This document shows, in pieces, positions 9,129 through 18,433 of a stretch of DNA of 64,000 nucleotides. Position 1 is the stretch's first letter, and each line of letters begins with the position of its first letter. The translations under genes and the position numbers were made by a program. The notes under the pieces were generated by a model that made no database searches, had not been told where the DNA came from, and saw only the letters and a list, made by a program, of their open reading frames with translations. Source of the stretch: an uncultured Candidatus Saccharibacteria bacterium (GTDB taxonomy: Bacteria > Patescibacteriota > Minisyncoccia > Phycocordibacterales > UBA918); assembly GCA_964353135.1 (NCBI GenBank), contig CAYGTV010000001.1, positions 309,497 to 373,496 on the forward strand, in the 5' to 3' direction.

Positions 9129-9685
9129 CTAATCTACGTTAGACAAAGCTGTGTCGAGCACTTGTGTCAGCTCAGCTGAGGTAATAGCACCACGTTTATG
9201 GTGTATAACATCACCCTTTGTGTCATAGATAACTGTTTCAGGCATTGTGTACCCTTCGATTGCTTTATAGTAACGATCATCCTTATCAACAATCAAAAGG
9301 ACCTCATCTGTGAGACCAAGCGTAGACAAAAATGCCTCTGCTGTTGAACGTGGTTCAGCCCGATTGATGGCTATAACCACGACACCCTTGTCTCGGTAAT
9401 TTTTAGCAACGTTGGTTAATAATTGTAATTCAGAAACACTAGAGGGTGCCCAACTCGCCCAACTGTTAACTATCAGTGTCTGGCCCAGAAATTGTTCAAG
9501 ATCAGCTTCATTACCATCAAAATCTGTAAAATTGGCTGTTGTGGTGCTTGATTTCAATACAGTAGACGCTGGGCTTTGATCTAGACTACGTTCCGCTGAG
9601 CGTTTCTGAACAAGGTGTACCGTAAACGCGGCCACTGCCAGAACTACTACCAAAACAAACAAGGTGACGATTGAACTTTTTTTCA
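9129..9685 (-). CDS. Membrane-anchored TlpA/ResA-like thioredoxin-fold protein lacking the CxxC active site (WASWAPSS instead of WxxWCxPC); no cysteine anywhere in the protein.
   Basis: Start verified at the ATG 9685..9683 (MKKSSIVTLFVLVVVLAVAAF), 2 nt after the upstream gene's stop. The ORF track's 9851 start overlaps that upstream gene. Redoxin-like region: LGQTLIVNSWASWAPSSVSELQLL...GVVVIAINRAEP...TMPETVIYDTKGDVIHHKRGAITSAELTQVL. Confidence 0.75.
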
Positions 9686-9687
9686 TA

Positions 9688-11265
9688 CTAGTTGATTTGA
9701 TCAGTACCAAGATACACAGTGATTGGTGCTTCAGACGCGTCATCAGAAATAAAGGACGACAAGAGAGCATCAGCGAAATATTCTTGCAAACGGACTGCTG
9801 ATTCAGCGTAGCTTGGATTGTAAACAATAACAGTTCGATCCTCACTAACATCAGTGTCCGCGCGGTTCACCTGTACTTTGTATCCCTTACTCTCCAAATC
9901 TTGTGCTCGCAACTCATCAAGACCAGCGATTCCACTACGATTTACAATCGTAATCGCAGGCTGATCAATCACAGCTGTTGAATCTCCTTGCAACGGCGGT
10001 AGGTCGGCTTGATCAGGCAAAGCCACCATCGCTCCGTCTTGTTCGTAGCGCACTTCGTACCCATGCTCACTACTGAGAGCTAGTATCAAGTACCACGCAA
10101 ACAAACCAACAAAGATACATACTGCTAAAAGAACGATTAAAAATAGTCTATATTTCTGCACCAGGGGCAGAATACGCGAAATCAATGAACCTTCACCAGA
10201 GGTTAGTTCTGCTCGCAGATCCAAAATACCTTCTTCCAGAGGAGCGGTTACAGAGATAGTACGTTTTGAGCGATGATTCCCATTGTGTAATTCAGGAGTA
10301 ATTCCTGCCATCTGTAGCATTCTGCGAATATATAACTTAACTCCCCAAATGATAAGCCATAGTAGCCCACCAAAGACGAACATAAATAAGAGCAGCGTGC
10401 GCCAAGGAATAACCCAAAAAGAGGTCTCAGCGGTAACAAATTGTCTTGTTAAGTCACCGTAAGCGAGAGTTACTTCAGCTGTGTAGCGCCCCATATCAGC
10501 AAAAGACCAATCACCGACCCATTCGAAATTATATTTCCGGATACTGTTCGGAAGAACATTTCCGAATTGGGACGTTTGGTTAATTGGAATAGTGCCGCGC
10601 TCTCTACCCCACATATTTTTAATAGTAATATTTCCTTGGGGCTGAACGTGAACATTTCCTGCATTTTCAAACCTGATTGAGAATGCAGCTTTTGGTGATT
10701 CACTAACAAATTGTTCAGTAACGAAGTCACGAATCGAACCTCTTTCAACAATGTCACCGGCCACACTTAGAAACACCAATGCCGTCACAACTTGCGACGT
10801 TTCCACTTGCGCCGGCGTCTCTGAATTAGTTAGAGATCGTGTCCCTACAAGAATCGCTGAAAAATGACCACCTGGCGCCGCATCATCAGGAACATTGATT
10901 GAAAATGGTACCGAAACAGTCTGCTCAGCAGGAATAATAATTTCTTCTGTCGGTAACGTAAACCATTCGGCTAAGGTTGTGCCATTTGATTCAGTCTCTA
11001 AGACCGGAATCATAGTTCCCTGCCCAGACTCACCAGATGGTTCAAAATTGACCGCGTTAACATACACCTTCAAAGGGAATGGGTTGGTGTTGATGACTCG
11101 AACAGCACTAGACCAAGCCTGGCTTTTACTGGCAGACATTTCAAACAAAGTTGGTGATACACTCAGGGCAACCGAACCTTGCGCGACAGCAATAGTCGGA
11201 AACAGCCCAAGTAGTAATACCGCAGCCAGCGAAAGTCTTACTTTATTGAGTGAGGTCAATATCAT
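9688..11265 (-). CDS. Fusion protein: signal peptide + DUF916/DUF3324-like beta-rich surface domain + TM helix (KLYIRR) + second TM + C-terminal LytR_C (LCP C-terminal) domain.
   Basis: ATG verified at 11265..11263 (MILTSLNKVRLSLAAVLLLGLFPTIAVAQG). Family core: FSIRFENAGNVHVQPQGNITIKN...GRYTAEVTLAYGD...FWVIPWRTLLLFMFVFGGLLWLIIWGVKLYIRR. LytR_C-like tail: ITIVNRSGIAGLDELRAQDLESKGYKVQVNRADTDVSEDRTVIVYNPSYAESAVRLQEYFADAL...ITVYLGTDQIN. Overlaps the upstream gene by 23 nt. Confidence 0.7.
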   Translation of the reverse strand: MILTSLNKVRLSLAAVLLLGLFPTIAVAQGSVALSVSPTLFEMSASKSQAWSSAVRVINTNPFPLKVYVNAVNFEPSGESGQGTMIPVLETESNGTTLAEWFTLPTEEIIIPAEQTVSVPFSINVPDDAAPGGHFSAILVGTRSLTNSETPAQVETSQVVTALVFLSVAGDIVERGSIRDFVTEQFVSESPKAAFSIRFENAGNVHVQPQGNITIKNMWGRERGTIPINQTSQFGNVLPNSIRKYNFEWVGDWSFADMGRYTAEVTLAYGDLTRQFVTAETSFWVIPWRTLLLFMFVFGGLLWLIIWGVKLYIRRMLQMAGITPELHNGNHRSKRTISVTAPLEEGILDLRAELTSGEGSLISRILPLVQKYRLFLIVLLAVCIFVGLFAWYLILALSSEHGYEVRYEQDGAMVALPDQADLPPLQGDSTAVIDQPAITIVNRSGIAGLDELRAQDLESKGYKVQVNRADTDVSEDRTVIVYNPSYAESAVRLQEYFADALLSSFISDDASEAPITVYLGTDQIN

Positions 11266-12232
11266 GATCTTTTGGTTGAGGCTTATGGCCATCACGAATA
11301 AACAGCGGCACATCGTCGCCAGCTTCAGCAGATTGAACAAAGGTGCTACCGCGGCGCATGAGTAGAAACACTACTAACAACAGTACTGAGAGTAGTCCAA
11401 TAGCAATATAGAGATAGTACAGTGGGAGCATGTAAAATCCGGCAGAATCAAATAGATTAGCACGTTGGTTTGTGCCGTACACCAGGTTTGCGTTTGCCTT
11501 ATAACGTCCCACACTGGCACCCAGTGGAATGTTTGTTGTATATGTTTTAGTTTCAGAAGGTGCAATGGAAACACCTTCAGTGTTGAACGGTAGAGCTGAA
11601 ACTTCTTGACCACGATTATTATAAAAAATAATTTCGCCCGCGGGGGTAGACTCCAGTTCACCTGAATTTTCCACTGTAATTAGAAGCTGCTGCTGATCAC
11701 TGTTAGTAATAAATCGGTCTACAGTCATACTGCTAATTCGCATACTATCTACTCGCTCATCAGCAACAGTCACAGTAACAATAATCCCATCAGCTGCACC
11801 ACGCAGGGCCATCGCTTCTGCATCTTGACGTTTTTTCACTTCTGAAAATCCTACAAAAGCATGGTATACACCAGGCTCTGCGAAGGGGTGAATTTTGATG
11901 TTTAGGGGCAATTCAACCGTCTCATTGGCAGGCACTTCTATTCGTCCTCGAGTGATCTCTATCCAGCTGGTAATACTGTTGGTGCGATCTGACATTACTG
12001 ACGGAACAAACTCTAGAATCTCACCGGCGGTACCAACCGTGATTTCATTAACAGTAGCATATAAGATTGACGTCCTATCTGGATAGGTACTTTTTAAAAC
12101 TACCGTCTCGTCAGCTGCTTCTCGGGGAACCATCGTAACATCAATCAGGAACGGTCTAATGGTTACCTCGCTTGCTTGTGCAAAAGCGGGTAGAAAGAGT
12201 AACGTAAAAATGAGTGTCGATAGCAACTTCAT
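11243..12232 (-). CDS. DUF916/DUF3324-like surface protein: signal peptide, beta-rich ectodomain, single C-terminal TM helix followed by a basic tail. Paralog of 9688..11265, 27450..28394 and 63371..64000.
   Basis: MKLLSTLIFTLLFLPAFAQA signal. ...ITVENSGELESTPAGEIIFYNNRGQEV...GRYKANANLVYG...LPLYYLYIAIGLLSVLLLVVFLLMRRGS. Confidence 0.7.
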   Translation of the reverse strand: MKLLSTLIFTLLFLPAFAQASEVTIRPFLIDVTMVPREAADETVVLKSTYPDRTSILYATVNEITVGTAGEILEFVPSVMSDRTNSITSWIEITRGRIEVPANETVELPLNIKIHPFAEPGVYHAFVGFSEVKKRQDAEAMALRGAADGIIVTVTVADERVDSMRISSMTVDRFITNSDQQQLLITVENSGELESTPAGEIIFYNNRGQEVSALPFNTEGVSIAPSETKTYTTNIPLGASVGRYKANANLVYGTNQRANLFDSAGFYMLPLYYLYIAIGLLSVLLLVVFLLMRRGSTFVQSAEAGDDVPLFIRDGHKPQPKDHDIDLTQ

Positions 12233-12248
12233 ATAGTAATCATACCAT

Positions 12249-15200
12249 CTAAAAGACCGGTGTAGCGATGTACGTTATGTTGGCAATGTAATCACCTTGC
12301 GCCTGATCTTCGGTGACTTTAATTCTGTATACAACGTCGTGTGCCTCATCTACTGGTATAGAGCTATACATCACTTCTGACACGGTCGTATCAAACGCTG
12401 CATACGTGTCTGTAGCTGCAAACCGAGGTGAACCACCTGCTAACGTAGCGTCTGTCGTATGGTATCCAACGCAACTTGCAGCCAGTGCCGTGCAAACTGT
12501 CGACCAACCTCCTGGCGAGGCATTAGTAGAAGCAATGGGTAAAATTTCTGATCCACCACCGTTTGTCAGCTGCTGTCCAGCTAACTTCCATACCTGATAC
12601 CCTTCAACTGCGTTAGTGTCTACTGACAACCTCTGAGCTGCGATAACATCAGTTCCAAATGGAAGCACACCAAAATCCACTGAGGTAGCCGTGGTTGTGA
12701 CACCAGTTGTAACACCAGCTGTTGATGTGGCGGCTGGTAGACCCTCTATGGTAAATACCAAACGTGCACTTTCGGCGACTGCTGCTGGATAGCTTGCGGT
12801 GCTAAATAAAGCTACCGGCTTAGCAGACGCGACGTCAAACAAGCGGAAGTAATATACTGCACTGGATCGTAGCCTTTGGGACTGAATTGTAAATGAATAC
12901 TCTTGTGCAGCTAGAGCCGGGTGGTCATGACCTGCTACATAGTCAGCAGAGCTATTGTGGGTACCACAACCACCGCCACCAGCAGCCACACAAGTGTCCG
13001 AGATCCCTGTGATTGCTGTGGTAATAGTAGCGTTATTGGCACCACCACCGTCTATGTAGCACCACTCATTACTGATCGTACATGAAGATGAGGCTACAAC
13101 ATCTATCGGATTACTGAATGTAATCTCATCAGAAAACTGTAGTTTGAACTTAACGTTTTCGCCAGTCACACTTTTTTGTTCGTCTAGCACTACTCGTAAT
13201 GCCAATGTGTCTTGTGAGATGATCTCGGTCGGTGCTGAATTGAGCGCTTCTAGGGGTGTAGACGGAGTCTCATTTTGTATATCGTCGTACCATCTCCACC
13301 CAATCACTTCTGGTGTAAAATCAGCGGTGCGAAGTTGCGGGTATTGCAAATAGCCAGACAAAGCGCTACCGTCAGACTCAACAACCCGAAAACAATATAC
13401 GGTGTCTGCGGCGGCGCCATTGTGCTCTAGGTACCAGTCGTACTCAACATCCTCGCCATCAAAGGCAATATAGGTGTTTGTTGCTGACTGGTTTTGATGC
13501 TCGAGTGACCCAGCTACATCAGATACCGAGATCAACAGGTCACCTGGAGTCGGTGGATCACCAGAGAGCACGGTACCGTCAGTCGTACCAGTGGCAGCAT
13601 ACCCTCGCCAGATTTCACCAGATCCAGCCTGACCAACATCAGTCCATGAACCAATGGCTGTACAAGTGCTCACTCGCTCGGCATACTGCAGTTTAAACGC
13701 ATAAAAATCAGCTGGCCAGTTAGCGTTTTTTGCCCGTAGTGTCATTCGTAGACGCAGAATTTCACCTACTCCGGGTGGATCGTCAAACTCAGTGATGGAG
13801 GTGTTCTCTCCTAGATCCTCTAAGCCCGCTGGCCAGGCATCATCTGGAGTTAACTGGTTGTTGCCTGTATAAAACCGATAGTAATTTTGTCGGATCGCTA
13901 AATCAGCAACCGGCCACTGAACAATTTCTGCTCGATACTGCAATTGAGTTCCAGTATCACTTCGCCAAAGTTCGTACCGTAATGGATTAACGATCCGTAG
14001 ACCGGCAATTGCTCGCGGGTGAGCGTTGTTGTTTCCGTTGGCTGATGAGTTTCCAAAAATCGAACTGTTATTGATTGCGTCCAATGCATTGACAATTACC
14101 AAAGAGAGGGTTGTAGGTTCCGCCCCTCCTATAGTAGTTCCATTTTGCCTTTCAACCCGCATCGCACCAGCACCAGCCTGTAAATTTTCGATCACCCACG
14201 CAACAGACGTGTGGACTACTCCCATATTTGCAGCCGCGTTTAACTCAAAAGAAACTGCTCCGATACTTGATAAGTAAACTTGGTGACCAAGGGTAGCCAC
14301 TGTCGTTTGCGCTCCAACTCTTTTTTGAGAATGAATGAATGCCTGATCAAGTGAGGTGACCGGGGTTATAGTTTCGGTCTCTATGACGCCGGCTGCTGTG
14401 TATGTGTGCTCAACTCGTTGAATATTCCAGTTTATACCGGTGTATTCCACTACTGCATAGCTGATATTAATATTTGAACCTCCAGTAGCTTCTCGCGTAA
14501 ATACCGGTCGGTTATTAGCACCATCCCAATCCGCGGTAACTTGAGCCGCATAAAAATCGTTTGCAGCATCGTCTCCGGACACGCCAGTTACAAACACCAC
14601 AACATCGGCATCATCTGTAACTGAAACTGCGGGTCCTGAGATAGTCACTTGTCCAGTATTCATACTCACTGTATTGGCATCTCGAACCAACATTTCATTA
14701 TCTGTGTTTGGTTGGGCTATGAACTCTATAATCTCCCAGTCAACATACGTATCAGCAACAACAGCGTTACGAGCAAAGGTAATGCTGGATACAATATTGT
14801 CAGGATTCTGCACATAAGCAGTCACACCAAGCACGTCCTGGGATCCACCACCGGTAGTATTACCAGCCCCAGTATTGTTGGTATTTGTAATACGAATAAA
14901 CGCCAAACTCGAGGAAGCTGGGGCTGTATAATCCACTCCAGCTGTGATTGTTTGCGTAGTACCAGTTAGGACACTATTACCTTGCTGCACCTTGAAATCT
15001 CGCTTGGCTGCAATGCTAACCTCGGGATACTGATCATACTGATTGATGTCGATTCCTTGTCTTGATAGGCGAAAACAGTACGTAGTATTAAACGCAGACG
15101 CAACGGTAGAGGTGAGGCTAAACTCAAATTCAGCAAATTCTAACTCCGTGATAGTTGTGCTCGCTGTTGCACTACTGGTTTCCCGAATACCACTATTTGG

Positions 15201-18200
15201 ATTTATTAGCGATACATTCTCATCTGCAACTCCACCATCTACCTCTGGTATGTTTGTCACATCAGCACCGTGTACGAGGTTTGTTGAATCGTACATATCC
15301 CACGCATCACCGAGCTCCGCATTGACATCTGTCCACACGGCGATCGCCGAACAGCTTGTCACTCGTTCTGCGTATTCCAAATTAAACACCCGCTCAACTG
15401 ACGTTGTGGCGCCCTCGTTACTTACCTGCATGCGTAACCTGATAGGAGTTGCAATTTGGTGGTCGGGTAAGAGTGTGTCCTGTGAACCTGCAGTTGCAGA
15501 TGTGGCACCAGTTTCTGAACCATCATCGTTACGCCAGTGGTAGTGCGTCTGAGTAAGGATGGCACCCTGCAAGGTTGTGACGCCACCAAGCTCAACCGGT
15601 GTAGATGGTGAAACTGATGCTCCAGGGACAATAACGTCACTATTGGCTGACAGGATTGCGAAGCTCACTGTGTCACCATTTAGCGCCGCATCGGTAACAT
15701 CAGCTACTACATACACACACATGGCTTGGGTGGTTAGAATCGTGACACTACCACTAAACGTAGAGCTACCGTTTATATCGCTCATACCATCTGTATCAGT
15801 ACTACCAAACTGTGGCTCTAGTCCACTGTATGTTTCACTGACACAGTTATACGGAGCTGTAGTATCTAAGTCATACAACAGGCGGATATTAGTTAATCCA
15901 GTAGTTGCATCAATAGACCCAGATTCAGCAATAGTTATATCGGTAACGGTATTGCTAGCTGTGTTTTCTCGAATCACAAATGCCCCACCAAAATATAAAT
16001 CGGCTGAAGGAATATCCACTGTGGCTTGCTGTGTACCAGTCTGAGAGACTGTTACTTCTGCGTTGATTGTGGCTTGTGCATACACATCGTATGCATTAAG
16101 ATCAGCCCCACTATTTGAAAGTCTAAAGCAGTAAGTTGCTCCCTCTGTTGCACTAGTTGAAGCAACCAGCGAAAACTCTAGCTCAAGGAATTCGTTGGTT
16201 GCTAGTGTAATCGACCCTGTAGTGTCAGTTGAGTCTCGCACCCCTGCGTTTGGTGTTTTAAAAACGGCATTTTCATCTGTCACTCCTCCAATTCCGTTAG
16301 CGATGTTAGTTGTGTCAGAACCTTCGGTTAGGTTAACCGTTGGCTGCATGTTGAACTGATCATCGGCAGCTCCGACGGCTGTCCACACCGTCACATCAGT
16401 ACAGGTTGGAGCCGCTTCTGCGAACTCTAGTTGATAGATAATTGGGCTAGAACTGGTTGAACCCTCTACTGAGACACCCATCCTAAGTCTAGTAGTTTGC
16501 CCAATCGGTAACGCTCCACGCGGAGTATCTTGGTTTCCAGCCGTCGCTGAAGTAGCACCAGCTTCTGAACCATCGTCGTTTCGCCAGTGATAGTGAGTTT
16601 GGGTTACGTCGGGACTGATTACAGTGGTCGTGTCAGTCAGGGTAACCGGGAAATTTGGTGCAATGTCAGACCCAGTAACTACCACGTCATTTGGTGGGTC
16701 TGTGATTTCGATTTCGATAGTTTGACCATCCCCTGCACTGCTGGTGATATCGGTCACGACATAGAGACAAATTGCTTGGGTCGGACCGACACCGACTGAA
16801 CTACCAGTAAACAATATCTGACCATCTGCGGCATCAAATCCATCGGTATCGGTGCTGCCAAATTGTGATTCACCACCACTATAGGACTCACTAGCGCAAT
16901 TATATGGTGCAGATGAGTCCAAATCATACAGCAGCCGTACATTAGCAAACGCTGTCGAACCATCAACCGTTCCATTTTCACGTATTGTAATATCTGACAC
17001 AGTGTTTGATGTCAAACTGTTGATCACAAATTGTCCACCAATGTAGTTGTTAGTAGTTTCTGACCTCAGCGTTGCAACCTGAGTACCCAGCGTCGACAGG
17101 TTAGAATCAGGACCAATGTTAGCGAGAGTTTCTCCAAATCTGTCGCTGACAGACCCCTCCCACCAGGCTACATACAAACGGTCATAGTTACTAGGATCCA
17201 ACGCTGGTTTTCTGATGTCACCTGGCGTGGTATTTAACGGACCAGTTTCAGTTCCCCAACTTGTCATAGCATCAGTTGATTCCTTGAAATATATATTTCC
17301 CGTACCGGCAGAACCCGGTGTATCCTGTACTGCGTATGCAACATACACGTCACCATTATTTTGATCAATCGCTATGGCTGTATCTAAAATCCCCCGACCA
17401 GTAATGTTTGTTACGACATCAGTCATAAGCGTCCACACCGAGCCGTCGTAAATCGCTGTTCTGACGTCGTCGTTATTATCAGTCAACAAGTTGTTATCAG
17501 CAACATAGGCAAAGTAGATGTTGTTGGTACTTAGATCAACCGTAGCTGACATAGCACCATCGTATTCACTGTTTTCTGGAGCGTTGTTATCGATGGATGT
17601 CCAGGTACCAGACCAAGTGGAACCATTCCAGACTTTTGAGCGGACTTCATTAGCAGAAATGTCTTGGTTAATCAGTAGCACATTGCCACCAGCTAGCGGC
17701 ATAAGCAGGTTGTGGTCGTTTCGTGCATCCAAGGGTGAGGTTCCCACTTCGATCCAGTTAGTTCCAGTCCCACAGGAAGCAGCGCAAGACACGACGTACG
17801 AATCAGAGTTGTCGTTACTGGTCAGATAAATGTCACCATCGGTCGCTTTTGTGATTGCGTGCGTGTTGATTGCGTCAGTGAATGTTGGAGTTTGTCCCGA
17901 GCTTACGGTCGCATTTACTGGCGAACTACCAAGGAGTAATGTGTCAGTCGACGTATCAAGGGCATTATAAAATAAATCATCATCAGACGTATCCATTGTT
18001 GCGATATGAATTGTGGATCCACTGTCACCAGGGGTCCAACGGTCGTACCACACGACAATGCGGATACAGTCAGTTTGGGCGTCAATAGTAACTGCAGCTG
18101 TCCATGTGCTTCCGGCGTCGGTGGTTTTACTATAAACACACGAGCCAGGACTATCTTGGTAAAAGGTATACCCTACTGTGTCCGAAATAAATACAGTTTG

Positions 18201-18392
18201 CGCACCGGTATGGTTGTTTCCTCGAGCAGACCCGTTTGCTGTACTATCAATCACCACCACGGCAGCATCAGCTATTTGAGGTGAAAATAGTCGGGAAAAA
18301 GTTGTTACCCCAAGTAAATCAAACAACAAAACTATCAGCAGAAAACTACTGAGTAATGTGCGTACATGAGTAAAATTGCGCAGTTGTTTCAT
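12249..18392 (-). CDS. Giant secreted or surface protein (2047 aa). It carries two ~340-aa internal repeat modules containing 'THYHWRNDDGSE.GATSATAG.QDT', and a conserved C-terminal domain ending ...VVYRIKVTEDQAQGDYIANITYIATPVF.
   Basis: 6.1-kb ORF with an N-terminal hydrophobic segment (LLSSFLLIVLLFDLLGVTTF). The C-terminal ~180 aa are homologous to the C-terminus of the 24604..25743 protein. Confidence 0.85.
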   Translation of the reverse strand: MKQLRNFTHVRTLLSSFLLIVLLFDLLGVTTFSRLFSPQIADAAVVVIDSTANGSARGNNHTGAQTVFISDTVGYTFYQDSPGSCVYSKTTDAGSTWTAAVTIDAQTDCIRIVVWYDRWTPGDSGSTIHIATMDTSDDDLFYNALDTSTDTLLLGSSPVNATVSSGQTPTFTDAINTHAITKATDGDIYLTSNDNSDSYVVSCAASCGTGTNWIEVGTSPLDARNDHNLLMPLAGGNVLLINQDISANEVRSKVWNGSTWSGTWTSIDNNAPENSEYDGAMSATVDLSTNNIYFAYVADNNLLTDNNDDVRTAIYDGSVWTLMTDVVTNITGRGILDTAIAIDQNNGDVYVAYAVQDTPGSAGTGNIYFKESTDAMTSWGTETGPLNTTPGDIRKPALDPSNYDRLYVAWWEGSVSDRFGETLANIGPDSNLSTLGTQVATLRSETTNNYIGGQFVINSLTSNTVSDITIRENGTVDGSTAFANVRLLYDLDSSAPYNCASESYSGGESQFGSTDTDGFDAADGQILFTGSSVGVGPTQAICLYVVTDITSSAGDGQTIEIEITDPPNDVVVTGSDIAPNFPVTLTDTTTVISPDVTQTHYHWRNDDGSEAGATSATAGNQDTPRGALPIGQTTRLRMGVSVEGSTSSSPIIYQLEFAEAAPTCTDVTVWTAVGAADDQFNMQPTVNLTEGSDTTNIANGIGGVTDENAVFKTPNAGVRDSTDTTGSITLATNEFLELEFSLVASTSATEGATYCFRLSNSGADLNAYDVYAQATINAEVTVSQTGTQQATVDIPSADLYFGGAFVIRENTASNTVTDITIAESGSIDATTGLTNIRLLYDLDTTAPYNCVSETYSGLEPQFGSTDTDGMSDINGSSTFSGSVTILTTQAMCVYVVADVTDAALNGDTVSFAILSANSDVIVPGASVSPSTPVELGGVTTLQGAILTQTHYHWRNDDGSETGATSATAGSQDTLLPDHQIATPIRLRMQVSNEGATTSVERVFNLEYAERVTSCSAIAVWTDVNAELGDAWDMYDSTNLVHGADVTNIPEVDGGVADENVSLINPNSGIRETSSATASTTITELEFAEFEFSLTSTVASAFNTTYCFRLSRQGIDINQYDQYPEVSIAAKRDFKVQQGNSVLTGTTQTITAGVDYTAPASSSLAFIRITNTNNTGAGNTTGGGSQDVLGVTAYVQNPDNIVSSITFARNAVVADTYVDWEIIEFIAQPNTDNEMLVRDANTVSMNTGQVTISGPAVSVTDDADVVVFVTGVSGDDAANDFYAAQVTADWDGANNRPVFTREATGGSNINISYAVVEYTGINWNIQRVEHTYTAAGVIETETITPVTSLDQAFIHSQKRVGAQTTVATLGHQVYLSSIGAVSFELNAAANMGVVHTSVAWVIENLQAGAGAMRVERQNGTTIGGAEPTTLSLVIVNALDAINNSSIFGNSSANGNNNAHPRAIAGLRIVNPLRYELWRSDTGTQLQYRAEIVQWPVADLAIRQNYYRFYTGNNQLTPDDAWPAGLEDLGENTSITEFDDPPGVGEILRLRMTLRAKNANWPADFYAFKLQYAERVSTCTAIGSWTDVGQAGSGEIWRGYAATGTTDGTVLSGDPPTPGDLLISVSDVAGSLEHQNQSATNTYIAFDGEDVEYDWYLEHNGAAADTVYCFRVVESDGSALSGYLQYPQLRTADFTPEVIGWRWYDDIQNETPSTPLEALNSAPTEIISQDTLALRVVLDEQKSVTGENVKFKLQFSDEITFSNPIDVVASSSCTISNEWCYIDGGGANNATITTAITGISDTCVAAGGGGCGTHNSSADYVAGHDHPALAAQEYSFTIQSQRLRSSAVYYFRLFDVASAKPVALFSTASYPAAVAESARLVFTIEGLPAATSTAGVTTGVTTTATSVDFGVLPFGTDVIAAQRLSVDTNAVEGYQVWKLAGQQLTNGGGSEILPIASTNASPGGWSTVCTALAASCVGYHTTDATLAGGSPRFAATDTYAAFDTTVSEVMYSSIPVDEAHDVVYRIKVTEDQAQGDYIANITYIATPVF
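14950..17050 (-). repeat. Two diverged tandem ~1.05-kb intragenic repeat units inside the 2047-aa gene.
   Basis: Compare gcaccagcttctgaaccatcgtcgtttcgccagtgatagtg (~16557-16597) with gcaccagtttctgaaccatcatcgttacgccagtggtagtg (~15500-15545). Both encode ...DDGSEAGATS/THYHWR in the translation. Confidence 0.5.
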
Positions 18393-18433
18393 AACTCCGG
18401 TCTTCTTATAATACCTTACTCAGTATGGTTGAA

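Noticed and set aside
9129-9851. Track ORF extending the thioredoxin-like gene to a start at 9851.
   Set aside because: The extension overlaps the C-terminus of the upstream anchor gene by 160 nt and lacks a signal peptide. The ATG at 9685 gives a proper signal anchor (MKKSSIVTLFVLVVVLAVAAF) and sits 2 nt after the upstream stop.
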